From the NCBI GenBank assembly GCA_048128005.1, contig JBEUKZ010000023.1, positions 1 to 64,000 on the forward strand: 64,000 bases of DNA, written 5' to 3'. Position 1 is the first letter of the stretch. Each line of letters begins with the position of its first letter. A model generated the notes under the pieces. It was not told the DNA's origin and did no database searches. It worked only from the letters and a program-made list of their open reading frames with translations. The position numbers and the translations under genes are program-made. Source of the stretch: Veleropilina oligotropha (Eukaryota). Positions 27,706 to 40,241 of this stretch are shown here, one piece after another.

Positions 27706-30700
27706 TAATTCACGCACTGGCATCGAAAATGATTTTATAAGGAACCCAAATTATGATCATATTCTCGATAACCTTGAGCATCCGTCAGAAATTTATGACT
27801 CTTCACTACCAAAAAGGTCAAGCGACGACAAAGTTGTTAATAGTTTTGGACGTCGCTTGTTGCTGTTATGTGCTAAAACTGGAAAAATAATCGCAAACGG
27901 TCGACTTGGTTCAGACAATGACATCGGTGCATTCACTTGCTTCACACCTTCTGGCTCTAGTGTTGTTGATTAACTTCTATTATCGGTAAGATCAAAAGCT
28001 GGTGGAAAAGTGGGAAGACCCCAATTTTCTATCACAACCCACTGTAATACAAATCCAAATATAGCCCAATCAGAAAGAACTGCATCTTTTATACAGTGGG
28101 ATATTGATAAAATTCATCAACATAATAACGAAATTTCCAAACTTATACTTGCTTTTGAGAACAACCTCGACAATACTACAAATAGCGTCGATATTGACGA
28201 GGTAGTGACAGCTCTGTCAAAATCCATATATGATATTTCATTCAAATTATTCGGCCAAGCTATAACTATTCGTAATAACTCTATAGACAGTATTATAACC
28301 AGTGGTTCAACCAAGAGTGCAAAACTCGAAAGAGAAAGTTTAACAAAGAACGAAATTCTTACAAACGCTGTCGTAATAATGTAAATAGAACTAATTTCTT
28401 AAAAGCAAGAAATGAGATGTTAAGGCAAATAAATCTTCTATATTTAACTACAAAAATAAGAAGGGAAGAGAACTCGGCAAAATAGCAAAGTGCGAACCCC
28501 GTAAATTCTGGAAAACTGTAAAAAAAACGCAAATATAAATCCAAAAATACCCAAGTCCCAAATAATAACGAATTTATACACCATTGTAAAGAGCTGTTTG
28601 GGACTCTACCGCAAGAATTGTCACAAGAAACCAATCGAACTATCAGCGAGGCGAGGGCTGAATTTGAAGAACTGCCCAGATCAATTAACTGTCTTGAAGC
28701 CGAAATAACATCTATCGAAATCAAACAAGCAATAAAGAAACTTAAAAATCGCAAAGGTTCCCGCATAGATCACCTAATATCCGAAATGTTCATTGATTCT
28801 GTAGACTCTCTCTTGCCACTTTTGTGCAAATTATTTAATATCATCTACGATAGACACATCTTTCCAAAAGCGTGGTCCACTGGAATCCTTGTGCCAATCC
28901 CTAAAAAGGGTGATCTTTCAGACCCCAATAATTATCGAGCAATATGTATATCTAGCGTTTTTTGGAAAATATTTTCAGCTATTTTAAACAACAGATTATT
29001 GAAATGGGCAGAGTTAAACAATAAATTGAACCCGAATTGATTTGGGTTCAATTTATTGTTTAACTCTGCCCATTTGGAATGAAGGCGTAGGTACCAAATG
29101 AAGGCGTAAGTACCGGTACCAAATTTATTAAAATGGTTAAAAGTACGTATTGCCATGTTGATATAAGTGTAAAACATGATTTTGTGATGTCAGATCAATT
29201 CCAAGGTTTTCAAGGTGTGAAGCAAGGTGAGCCCATGTCTCCATTACTCTTTCTATTTTTCATCAATGATTTTATGTCTAGCTACTTGACAAGAAATAAC
29301 AGCGACCTGATAGAGATTGAAAAGTTGGTTGTATTCTACTTACTTTTTTCCGATGATTCGGTGCTGTTCGCAACATCCGAGGATGAATTACAAAACCAAT
29401 TAGATCAACTAGAACACTATTGTAGTAAATGGAACATTACAGTAAACATCAACAAAACAAAAATTGTATTGTTTACAAAGAAAAGACGATTGTGTAATTA
29501 TGATTTTAAATATAATAACAGCATAATCGAACAGGTCGAATCCTTCACATATCTGGGTGTATTATTGCACAAAAAGTGCCAACCTACAATACACTCAAAA
29601 GAGACAAGCCCAACAGCGGGAAATAGCCCTAAGTGCATTAAACCAAATGTTCAAACAGTACAACTTTCCAATCCATACACAGTTAAGCATGTTCGACACA
29701 CTATTATGCCCTGTTCTAAATTACGCAGCGGAAGTATGGGGCTTCAATAAAGGTGATGAAATTGAAAAGATTCATATGAAATTTTGTCGCAAAACGGTAC
29801 AGATTAGTCAAGGAGCGACAAATTTCTTTTCATATGGCGAACTCGATAGAGTACCCATGTCGATCATGCGAAAAATAATAATTATAAAGTGAATTAAACA
29901 ATGTTGTTAATTGGGCATCTTGTGTAACGGACGTTTTGTATGAGTTTGGTTTTAACATATATTGGCTTGAACAAGACACAATAATCATTCCTATAGACTT
30001 AATTTTACAGCGACTGCATGACCAGTTTAAACAATGCTGGCACAACTCTATACAAAACACATCTAAACTGACGCATTATGCTAATTTCAAATTATCAATA
30101 GAATTCTAAACTTACTTATCATTACAAAATACTACAAGCAGAAAATTAATTTCAGAAATCAGAAGTGGGACACTTAAAATAGCAGTGGAAGAGGGGAGAT
30201 TGCATGGAATTGAAAGACAAAATAGGTTGTGCCAGCATTGTACCTTACGTGTCGTAGAGGACGAATATCATTTCATTCTCGCCTGCCCTAAGTACAAAGA
30301 CATACGCATTAAGTATCTCCCAAAGTACTACACAAGATGAACAAATCAGCAAAAATTCACGAACCTAATGAAATCCAATCGAAAACCAGTCAGATCTCGG
30401 AATTTACCTTAAACATGCTTTACTTCTACGAAACAATCCTACAGAAACGTAAACACATCAATGATTGCATCTCATAACAACAACCATAGTTCGTGTCCGC
30501 CATCATTCATCATTTGTTCATATTAATAGGATAGCATAAGTATTATCATGATGGAACTGATCTATTTTACATTATATATAGATATATAAATATACCTTTA
30601 CATATGTATCTATGTTTATATATTGTACATGTCTTTACAATGCATTAAATGATGTTTTGTATATTTACTTTGCCATTAATTTTGTAAATCTGTAAAAAAA

Positions 30701-31119
30701 TGTATATGGCTAAAAAAGTTTAATACGTTTACAGCTGAATAAAGTTTATTATAGTTAATAAAAAGAAGGGTAACATAATTCATGTAATATTCGGAAAATA
30801 AGTTTATATATATTTCCGGCAATAGCTTTATATTATATCAAGCAAAGGGGTGACACAATTCATTAAAACTTTCCATTGTATACACAGTTAAATGAAAAAT
30901 TCGCAGAACATTACAAGAAAAGCAATAAACCGTAACATATATATCACACCTATACAGGCTAAATTGGTGGACGCGAGGCCTAGTATATCCTTATGAGAAA
31001 GCAAAATCATCTAGGAATAATTCTAAATGAACCTGTCGCAACCAAAATCGCTAAATTAAGACAAATCCGACATGAAGGAAACCTTATATAAACTCATGTA
31101 CTATTCTATCGCCTAAATC

Positions 31120-31291
31120 GGTTAGACCATGATGTAACTCTTGAATATGCAGGATAGACACAGATTTCTTCCACTGATAAAGTGCGAAATCTGACCATTG
31201 CTTCGCACTCGAACAATGGTCAGATTTCACACTTAATCAGAGGTGGAAAACCTTGTCTATCCTGCATATACACCCTTTGGCATGGTCTAAC
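31120..31291. mobile_element. Palindromic non-autonomous element (second copy at 39388-39565)
   Basis: gttagaccatg...catggtctaac arms with a central gcttcgcactcg hairpin. Confidence 0.7.
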
Positions 31292-32844
31292 ATACATATA
31301 ATTAAATAACATTTATCAACACCAATATACATGCAAAATGCGTCATGGTTGTCAGGAAAAATATCAGTCAAAGATCTCATTTGCATACGTAATTGACTAA
31401 TCGCATAAGATTTTGATGAAGTCGTAACAAAGAGCCCGGGGAGATGCATTCTTTGCGACATTAATTTATCAATAATGAGACCTGTCGCGCTTGAAACAGA
31501 CGGATTTATTGTCCGTCAGGATGACACAATAAGCTCGCTCCAGATATGTCACGCGCCGCGCATAACTTCCATGGCGAGTAGAAAAAGTGATGTAACAATC
31601 TCAGGTGGTCTGAAAATCTCCCAGAATGGAGATACAGGGCAGCCCAAAAGTAAACTATGATAACCTCACACTCGACTTGACGCAGGATGCCGTCAAGTGC
31701 TACATATTCATATGCAATCATTTACTGACATGAGACTACAAAGTCCGCATGTCCTTTACTTTTTGTGATGAGATGAAACGGATCTGAATCGTTTGTGCTC
31801 GCATGTCGTCACTATCAAGGCTAGCTATGACGTATGCAGTGCGTTGTGATACGAACGTGGCTTCACTAACATGGTCATATAATAGAAATGCGGCGAAGCA
31901 TACTTAATTGATATCACAGAATGCTAAGACTGCTTTCTAAATGTCTTGAATAATGTGTATGGCGTCATTTTAAATAGACTAGTGGTCGTAAATGCGCTCT
32001 TTTTTCTAACTAACCGCATAACACTTTTTGTTTATAGCATAAAAAGTTAGGAATTTTCAACACTTAACTTTCGTCAGTAATTTGCTATCGTTTAAATAAA
32101 TCTCTATGGAATATTTAAAAATAATTAAAAGCGGCCCGCTTTTTATAATTACCTCTCACCGAGTGATATTTCCAATTGACCTTGTTGGAGCAAAGTTGCG
32201 TAGGTTTCTGCTCGTCAAGTAAGATAGCTTTCTATTTGACAATAATATAGATTGCCCAGTTACAAAAATAATTTCAATACAAATCTATTATATCATTTTA
32301 TAATGTATCGATTATATCGTCGATAAATTTGTGTCAATCTGTCCGAGTCATTTTAGAAGCTGTTCGGTCATGCTACACATTCACAAAAACAGCGTTAATA
32401 CGTGAAATAGTCACTTTAAGTAACAGATTACAAACACAATATAAATTTACCTGAACCCTCAAATGGTTAAGAACAAATTGCTTTGAATATCGGATTTTTC
32501 ACTCGAATGCAATAATTTCGTAGTTACTGCATACAGTGTCGATCGTGCATGGACATGGACTCACACGGCATTTTTCAATGCTCACAACGAATCGGCTTTG
32601 GAAATATATTAAAAGTAGTCTTTACTCATGAGAAGAAGACCGAATGCTTTGGTCAGAATCTTGGAAATAACCACACATCTTCGTTTATATTGTTGAATAT
32701 TGTCAAGTAGGCCTATTGGTCTGGCGTTATGAAGACGATCATTGCCATTCACGCAATTGTACGATCGTCAATTGAGGAATATCAACTCCATCCAAGTATA
32801 TCTTGGTGTATTCGACCGTTTAGGTTCTTAGGTACACTAATAGG

Positions 32845-33061
32845 TACATTTGTTTTGCGAACACTTTTTGGCAATTTTTCAGCCTTATCGCAGTCGGGAC
32901 ACCCGGTTTAAGGTCTCCACTCCGATCTGACCGGCATACATTAATGATATATCTTCTATTTGTTTTAGAATTATCCACGTCGGAGCGGGGGGTTGAACCC
33001 ACATCCTACTGTCAAACTAAACGATTTTCCGACGCTCTACCAGTTGAGCTATCGATGACAG
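32845..33061 (-). mobile_element. tRNA-derived SINE (family A)
   Basis: Collinear with the 22010-22232 copy, including the tagctcaactgg head. Confidence 0.8.
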
Positions 33062-33271
33062 TTCTTAGGTACAGTCACAAGATCCAGCTTACTCTCATAC
33101 GAGATGCATGCCCAGGCCATAACCGATCAACCATGAAGATGAATGGTTTCCAGAATGTTTCGCTGCGAAAGCGTCGTGCATCTGGATATCGATATACGAG
33201 TTCGACCATCAGCAGTGTGCAACAGATCCCAACTCACCATACCACTCTCCTCCAGATCTCCACGTTTCTGT

Positions 33272-33772
33272 GAGCTCAAGATTGCACTTCCTTACGCGAT
33301 ACTGATTGTACTGCACAATCCTCAAGGTTGCACTACTTTACATGATACTGTTTGTGCTGCAAAATCCTCAAGGTTGCACTACTTTACATGATACTGTTTG
33401 TGCTGCACAATCCTCAAAGTTCCACCACCTAATCATCAAGGTTGCACCACCTAATCATCAAGGTTGCACCACCTTGCGCGATACTGATGGTGCCGCACAA
33501 TCCTCAAGGTTGCACCACCTTACGCGATACTGTTTGTGCTGCAAAATCCTCAAGGTTGCACCACCTTACACGATACTATTTGTGCTGCACAATCCTCAAG
33601 GTTGCACCACCTTGCGCGATACTGATGGTGCCGCACAATCCTCAAGGTTGCACCACCTTACGCGATACTGTTTGTGCTGCAAAATCCTCAAGGTTGCACC
33701 ACCTTACACGATACTATTTGTGCTGCACAATCCTCAAGGTTGCACCACCTTACTCGATACTGATTGTGCTGC
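33272..33772. repeat. 46-bp minisatellite with 138-bp higher-order period
   Basis: Unit tcctcaaggttgcaccaccttacgcgatactgtttgtgctgcacaa. A three-variant block is repeated. Confidence 0.92.
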
Positions 33773-34424
33773 GCTATCTGATAAGACGTCTGGTTGACAT
33801 TCGTGCTCTCAACTTAGTCTCCTTCTGGTGTCTAGACCTACCAGACTTTGGTCTATCGTTTGCATCCTGATTTCGAGCATGTATACAGTATCAAACGACC
33901 GATGACAGAATAATTAACGTTCAATTCTAAGCTCATATCACTGCATGACATGCTAACGTTATGCACACGAATATTCTGAAATTTGTCTGCATCAAACCAT
34001 TTTCGCCATGCAGCAATGTAAACTTTAAAGAGTGTTTGGTCGAAAATGACAATGAAGATGTTTCTGCGTCTTTTCATAACTCCAACACAGAAGAGTAACT
34101 TACATTACATGCCTGCCTCCACGAACAATATTTGTGTTGCTCGAACCGAAAAGTAGCCACTCGATCGCGTAGAGAAGGAATTCTATAAATCGACACAGCG
34201 TCGAAGGTGAAAAGGTGGAAGGATGTCACTTTTCTCGCCGTAAAATCGTGCATGCAAGTGCCCCTTTAAATATATAAAAATGGGAGTAAAATGGTAGAAA
34301 TCTGAAAACAGCTGACAATAGTTTTATTAAATAGTTACATGAATAGTGTTTGACTTTTACCCAAGAGTATATATACATGGTACATACATTGTTAACAATA
34401 ATTTATTTCAATGTTTCCATTCAA

Positions 34425-34703
34425 CAGGGGCGGATCCAGGATTTTGAAAAGGGGGGTCCAAGTTTGTCCAATGAAATATACTATCAGCTGTTCTCGTGGG
34501 GGCGGGGCCCCACGAGAAAGAAAATTTTGACAATCAACAGCCTGAAACCTCCTCTCCTGCACTCTGACAGGACAAAAGCGATATTTTTTACCAACATTTA
34601 TGAACCATTTTCACTAAAATGTATGCATTTTTTTTCATTTTTTCACAATCTAACACATTGAATTTTTTAATGCCCCCCCCCCCCCCCTCTAGATCCGCCC
34701 CTG
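34425..34703. mobile_element. MITE (caggggcggatccag ... ctagatccgcccctg); related decayed copies at ~15990-16343 and ~38958-39174
   Basis: GC-rich TIRs, with ttcaa on both flanks. Confidence 0.75.
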
Positions 34704-36399
34704 TTCAAAAGTAAGCGTTCTTGGCATAGGGAATATGCTTGTCATACTTTAATATAAATGCTCATAACTTTGTATAGTGGAGTCATACATTATTGCGCGT
34801 GTGCTTCAAATACATATAAACGTCATTCGTCACATTGGTAGATAACAACACGTCTCTGGCTGTGATAGTTAATTTTTGAAATGACCACAGGTAAGTTTTT
34901 TTCTTTTGACGACAGGTGAAACGGCGTGTGAAAAGATACTGACCTTTTGGCCGTTGGTCGCATCACCGAAGATTGCGGATCATTTCTCGTATAATTATGA
35001 CCGTGTTGCCGCCTGCTGTTCAACATCCCGTTCCAGATAAACACGAAGTAATATAACCGTGGGTCACCAATGAGCGATTTGACCGAATTCCAGTGCATTA
35101 TTTCATCAAACGATATCAGTGACGAAGTGAATTGACTTACATTTGATGGCCCATCTCCAGAAAGCAGCGCACGAGCGGGAATGCGCAAACGCACGATCTA
35201 TGGATGGACATGCATGGATACAGACAAACCATAGACACGAGAGACGGATAATGCATTGAGAACGCAGTCATAATTACACGTGCAGAAATATCCATGAGAT
35301 CAGGCATGCACTCACAATCATACAATACGCGCGTCATGCAAATGCAAACACGTATGCACGCACACAGACACGCCCATATTGCTTTGATTCAATTACAATT
35401 CGCATCTGAGGAGCTCTTATTTAAATGATGTTACATGACTAGTTCCCGCATGTACCTCCTTGCACTGACAGTGAATAATCCACATTAATGAAGTTTTACA
35501 TCAGCAGTATATATATATCGTTTTTGGATGATTCAATATGCAAAACGGATTCTTTCAGTGAGATTCCTTTGGAGAGATCGACTCTCGTATTGAAGACGAT
35601 TAAACGGTCGCATTGCCTGTTTTACGACCACTTTAACTATACCATTTGGTCGCATCGTAGTTGCCCCAAGTCCCCCCCCCCCCCCCCGTCCAACACCATG
35701 CCTCCCATATTAAAAAACAGCCAACCATATTATACACACGCCTTTTCGCGATGGTATCAGGGATGGTCTTCACTTGTTCATCAAAATGTTGCACCGCTTT
35801 GTCAGAAGTTTAGTTCACGTAACCTCAATCTGCACCAGCCACTGGTTCATTGTAATATTCAACGCTTAAAACTAATGGAGGGTGCATGGTTTAAAACTGC
35901 ATACCCGTCAAAAATGGGGTCGTAAAGCTAAACTGATTAACTTCCAGACCAATACAGCACCCAGGAAAAAACTGAAAAGGATATCGAAACACTATGGAAA
36001 TGATGGTGGAGAACGGTTTCAATTATGACAACACATGTATCCGATGCCTAAGAGAACGATTTATTAACCGATGCCGCATCCTGAAAACGCAAACGCCATG
36101 GAAAGGAACGTGCACCGATATGAGGTGACCTCGGCCTCGAACACACCGAGTGTAGTTCATATGATGAATCGATCGCCATTAACCGTTGGAATGTGCAGCT
36201 CGTTCTTCTTTGATGTTGGCAGCCAAGCCATCAAGTTGAAGACAATATTGCGCTTGTCCTTTTCCCATACATTCTACCTACTGCGCGCAGACCATCCTGG
36301 CCTGGAAGGCACCAAGGACGGCGTGGACACTTCGTCGTCGGGTAGACGACTTTCCATTCACGGAAGGTACAAGGAAATAAGATCAACTGCTGGTAGGTG

Positions 36400-37930
36400 T
36401 TCTCGACGCTGACATGTCGTAGCGACTAGCGTTGGTTGTTGCTAATTTCGTCTAAATTTGTAGGGCGATTGATGGTGCCTGGGGTGATTGTGGTAAAACC
36501 GTTGTGGTATTTGGCTAGTCCGGCACTGGTCGTTTCCTGCTAGTGATCAGAGATGGCCAGTTGATATCTTGTAGCGTTGTTTCAACACTTTGAAGTGGTG
36601 GAAGACATCGTGCTGCATCTTATCGATCGAATTGGTTCCTTTCATTGCATGTGGGTTCCATACAGGCCTTACATTTTTTAGAGTATTGTATGCAGCTTGC
36701 TTGGCCAGATTATTTTCGATTTTGATGTTCTTCGAAGCCAAGGATCTTGTTTGCCCTGTTCGTTATATTCTGGATGTGAGGCACTCACTTTATATCTTCA
36801 CATAGATCGACTTCAAGGCACCGGTCTTGTATTTTTCGTCATAGTTTATGGACGTGTACGGGATAGTTACGGTAGACGTGGAACATGTGGACAGTGGAGC
36901 ACTTGGTTGGCTTGAAGGACAGTGCGTCAGCCTGTCTATGTCACCTTGGAGGTCGTCCTGATACTTGGGTACGGTAACCCTATTTTTACACGCGGTGCAT
37001 CCGTAAACACCCTTGACGTACATGTCAGTTCAGTCGTCAAGTCGTAACTTTGTCGTTAACACTGAACCCTGTGTTTGGCCTGGAATGAAAACTGATCTTG
37101 CATCGTTGAAGACCACTGCCTCTTGTCCGTCTGTTGACTTCATTGCATATGATGTAACGACGGAACTTGTGGATGGCGAGACTGTGGTCCACTCTGTCGA
37201 AGATCCCATTTGGTTCCCATGCTCAAACCTTCACACATCTGCGAGATTTCATCCACGGGGCCTATGAGTTGAGTTTCACATAAATGACCGCCCCGAATGT
37301 CATGTTGTCGAGGACAAATGATGTTTCCTCGACTACATACAGTACTCCATTAACGTGCGGACGATGCGGTGCTCGATAACTTTGTACGGGACGCTGGTAA
37401 ATGATATATGTCGGATGTCTATGCTTAGTAGTTCGCTCACCTTTTACTGGGCTCGAGTCGATTGCTTTCCACTCGGGTTATACCACCCCAGTGTATGATA
37501 TGATATAGGATGGTGAGCGCCGGGGCCATCTTTATTGCCACTTTTTTCAGAATCCGAAGAGAGATGTCGTCTGGACCTCTGGCCTTGGATAGATCGAGGT
37601 CGTGCAGTCGTTTCTGGACTCCGTCTCTAGTGATTTGGATCTCTTCACAGAGAGGCCGATATGAATCTCGGCCTTTTCCAAGTTACAAATGTTTCAGGAA
37701 CTTCGAAATATGAAATTGCAGATTGTTCATTCTGCCTCATTTTGATGTACGGTCAACATTTCTTTGATGTATGCGGTAGTTCTGAAGAGTCTTTCGTGAT
37801 CAGGCTTCGATGTACGTCTAGTTATTTCTTCGAATCATTTGTCAATGGAAGTCAAGTTCTTGTTGGCTTCGTCTGGAACCAATTCTTGTGCGGTCCAGTC
37901 GTCGAATACTTTCGTTGTATCTGATAATTC
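36400..37930 (-). mobile_element. Highly decayed CR1-like LINE ORF2 remnant
   Basis: Minus-strand fragments KARGPDDIS, ISFTSVPYKVIEH, DDLQGDIDRL and KQAAYNTL...VWNPH. Confidence 0.7.
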
Positions 37931-39603
37931 ACGGGCGGAATCTCGTAGACCGTCCCAATCAGTCAGACCATGCATGTACGCAAGACCTGTCTGCCAATAT
38001 AGGCAACTTTTCACTGGAAATGCCTTATGTAGTGGTTCCAAGCGGAACATCACAGCAACTAGGCACCTTAATTGCGACTCTATATTATATTAAACCTTGG
38101 ATGGAATCCTACATTTGCAGTGCTCATGCTCACATCGTATGCAAACACGTCTTGACATTCACCAATCAAACCCCCTTGATCGTAAGTATGGATCTGCATT
38201 AAATCTGACAGACAGCAATCAAAACTAGCACAGTTCGGGTTCTTTTAGAAATCTCTGTCCCAGAAAGTCACTTGAAACCAGTATATTTCCCATTCACGTG
38301 AGTAATCCAGCACCAAGATCCACAGATATAGGCCTAGGGGTCAATACCCGTGACAAATACCGGGTATTTACATATATTTGCATGATCTTGTGATTTTTTA
38401 AATATTTTATTTCACAATTTGAACTTAAAACTTTAACCAACTTGCAAGGTATAGGCTACATGCAAAACGCAACAAAACACCATTATCTATAAAAATCTTA
38501 GACGATACTTCATGGAGATTCTTTTGTTACAAAACTGTGTCTATCTTTGATATTCACTTTTAGCGTGGTATATGAAAACAATGGGCTGATGTTCACGCGT
38601 CGTTTATTAGCCAAACCTGAACAATGAAATGTGATAATTTTCAACAGGGTCAAAGATTTTCAGGGTCAAAGATTATAGTGGTCTGCTGAGTACGATCTCA
38701 TACTCTGGTGACTGTTTCGTACTCAAATCAACACTCTTGATCATTGCAGAGTCTGAGCTGAGTTTCATAAGAGTCTTTATAATCTTGAGGCCCAGGTCTC
38801 CATTTGACCAGTTTAAAATGCTTATTTACAGTATATTTTAAGAATATTTGAGGCTAAAATTGTATATTATATCAAGCAAAAGGATGATACAATTCATGAT
38901 CACTTTATATTGTATTTACACATTTAAATGAAAATTCGCAGAGCATGACATGAATACATGGGCGGATATAATTTTAATCAAACGGGTGCGTTCCAGACAT
39001 CCAGTCATCCACTTTTTTACCAATCACAAATTTGATGGTCAAAATTATCGCGTTTTACACTGTCAGAATGTAGGAGAGGGTTTCACACCGTTAATTGTCA
39101 ACTTTTTTCACAGCTGATAGTATAATTCATAAAAGTTGGACACTCACATTCTCCAAATCCTGCATCTGCCCCTGTGAAAAACAGTAAATCGTAACAAATA
39201 TCATACCTATACCTGCAAATAATGGGTGGACTTCACTGCATTCTTCGGAGAAGTAACATCATCTTGGAAGTCTAAATCCAACAACTCACAGTCAAATCTC
39301 TAAATTTGGAAAAGTCCTACATCGTTTTCGTCTCTTACATGAAAAAATACCTAATATAAATTATTGTTCTACTGTATCGCCTAAATCGGTTAGACCATGT
39401 AACTCGTGAATATGTTGGCTAGACACAGTTTTCCACCGTTGATTAAGTGTGAAATCGGATCATTGCACTCGTGCTTCGCACTCGAACAATGGTCCGATTT
39501 CACACTTAATCAACGATGAAAAACTGTGTCTATCCAACATATACACTCTTTAGCATGATCTAACCTACACGGTTGCGTAAGGTGGATTTCGTGCCACTGA
39601 TAT

Positions 39604-39857
39604 AGCAGCAGGGGGGGTGAGTGTACTTTTTAGAATGGGAAAATAAGGCTCCCAGCCCTATTTCAGAACTGATAGGGTTGTACTGGTGGGAACTAGGGGG
39701 TATAGACTAGGGGCGGGGCGGCCGCCGTGGAGGCTCCCAGCACCCTTTCAGACCCCAGGGTATATCGTGTATTACAAAAAGTTACCGTGTGTACAGAGCG
39801 AGTAGCATGTAGTAAGAGCCCCCAGGGACGGCCCACTACCCTCGCCGGCCCGGGCTC
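39604..39857 (+). repeat. Left terminal inverted repeat
   Basis: 39604-39744 is the exact reverse complement of 56440-56580 (141 bp). Imperfect similarity continues to 39857. Confidence 0.97.
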
Positions 39858-39918
39858 TTGTGTGTTAGTGTCATAACCTATTTAGAGACTGGTATATACG
39901 ATGGTATACGCGATAACT

Positions 39919-40200
39919 ATGTGGGGAAATAATGTATGCCCTTGGTTGACAGTTAATGCCGCTGGAGTTTGTGGTCGTAGCTGCGTCAACGAATTTTGCA
40001 ATGCCCATCGACGGCAAATTCGGATGGGTATAACACCATCCCCGCCATGTAAGAGATGTGGCAAGGGCACGAAATAGGCCGTTCTGGTGTGTAGACCATG
40101 TGGAGGTCGTCGTGCCGCCCAGGCTCTCATAAACACTAAAAACCGAGCTCGCCGTCTCTACGGCGCAGTATTGCGCGAGTTGCTGTCGCGCACGACATAA
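39919..40200 (+). pseudogene. Small Cys/His zinc-finger-like protein with an internal stop (not in the ORF track)
   Basis: Manual translation: MWGNNVCPWLTVNAAGVCGRSCVNEFCNAH...CKRCGKGTK*AVLVCRPC...RTT*. In-frame TAG at 40075-40077. Confidence 0.65.
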
Positions 40201-40241
40201 AAAGTTCCAATTAGAGACTTGTGTTGTAGGGTCATATCGCG

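Noticed and set aside
32620..32670. Second hammerhead-like motif (gaagaagaccgaatgctttggtcagaa)
   Set aside because: The CTGANGA and GAAA core is not intact; at best a dead Penelope pLTR remnant.
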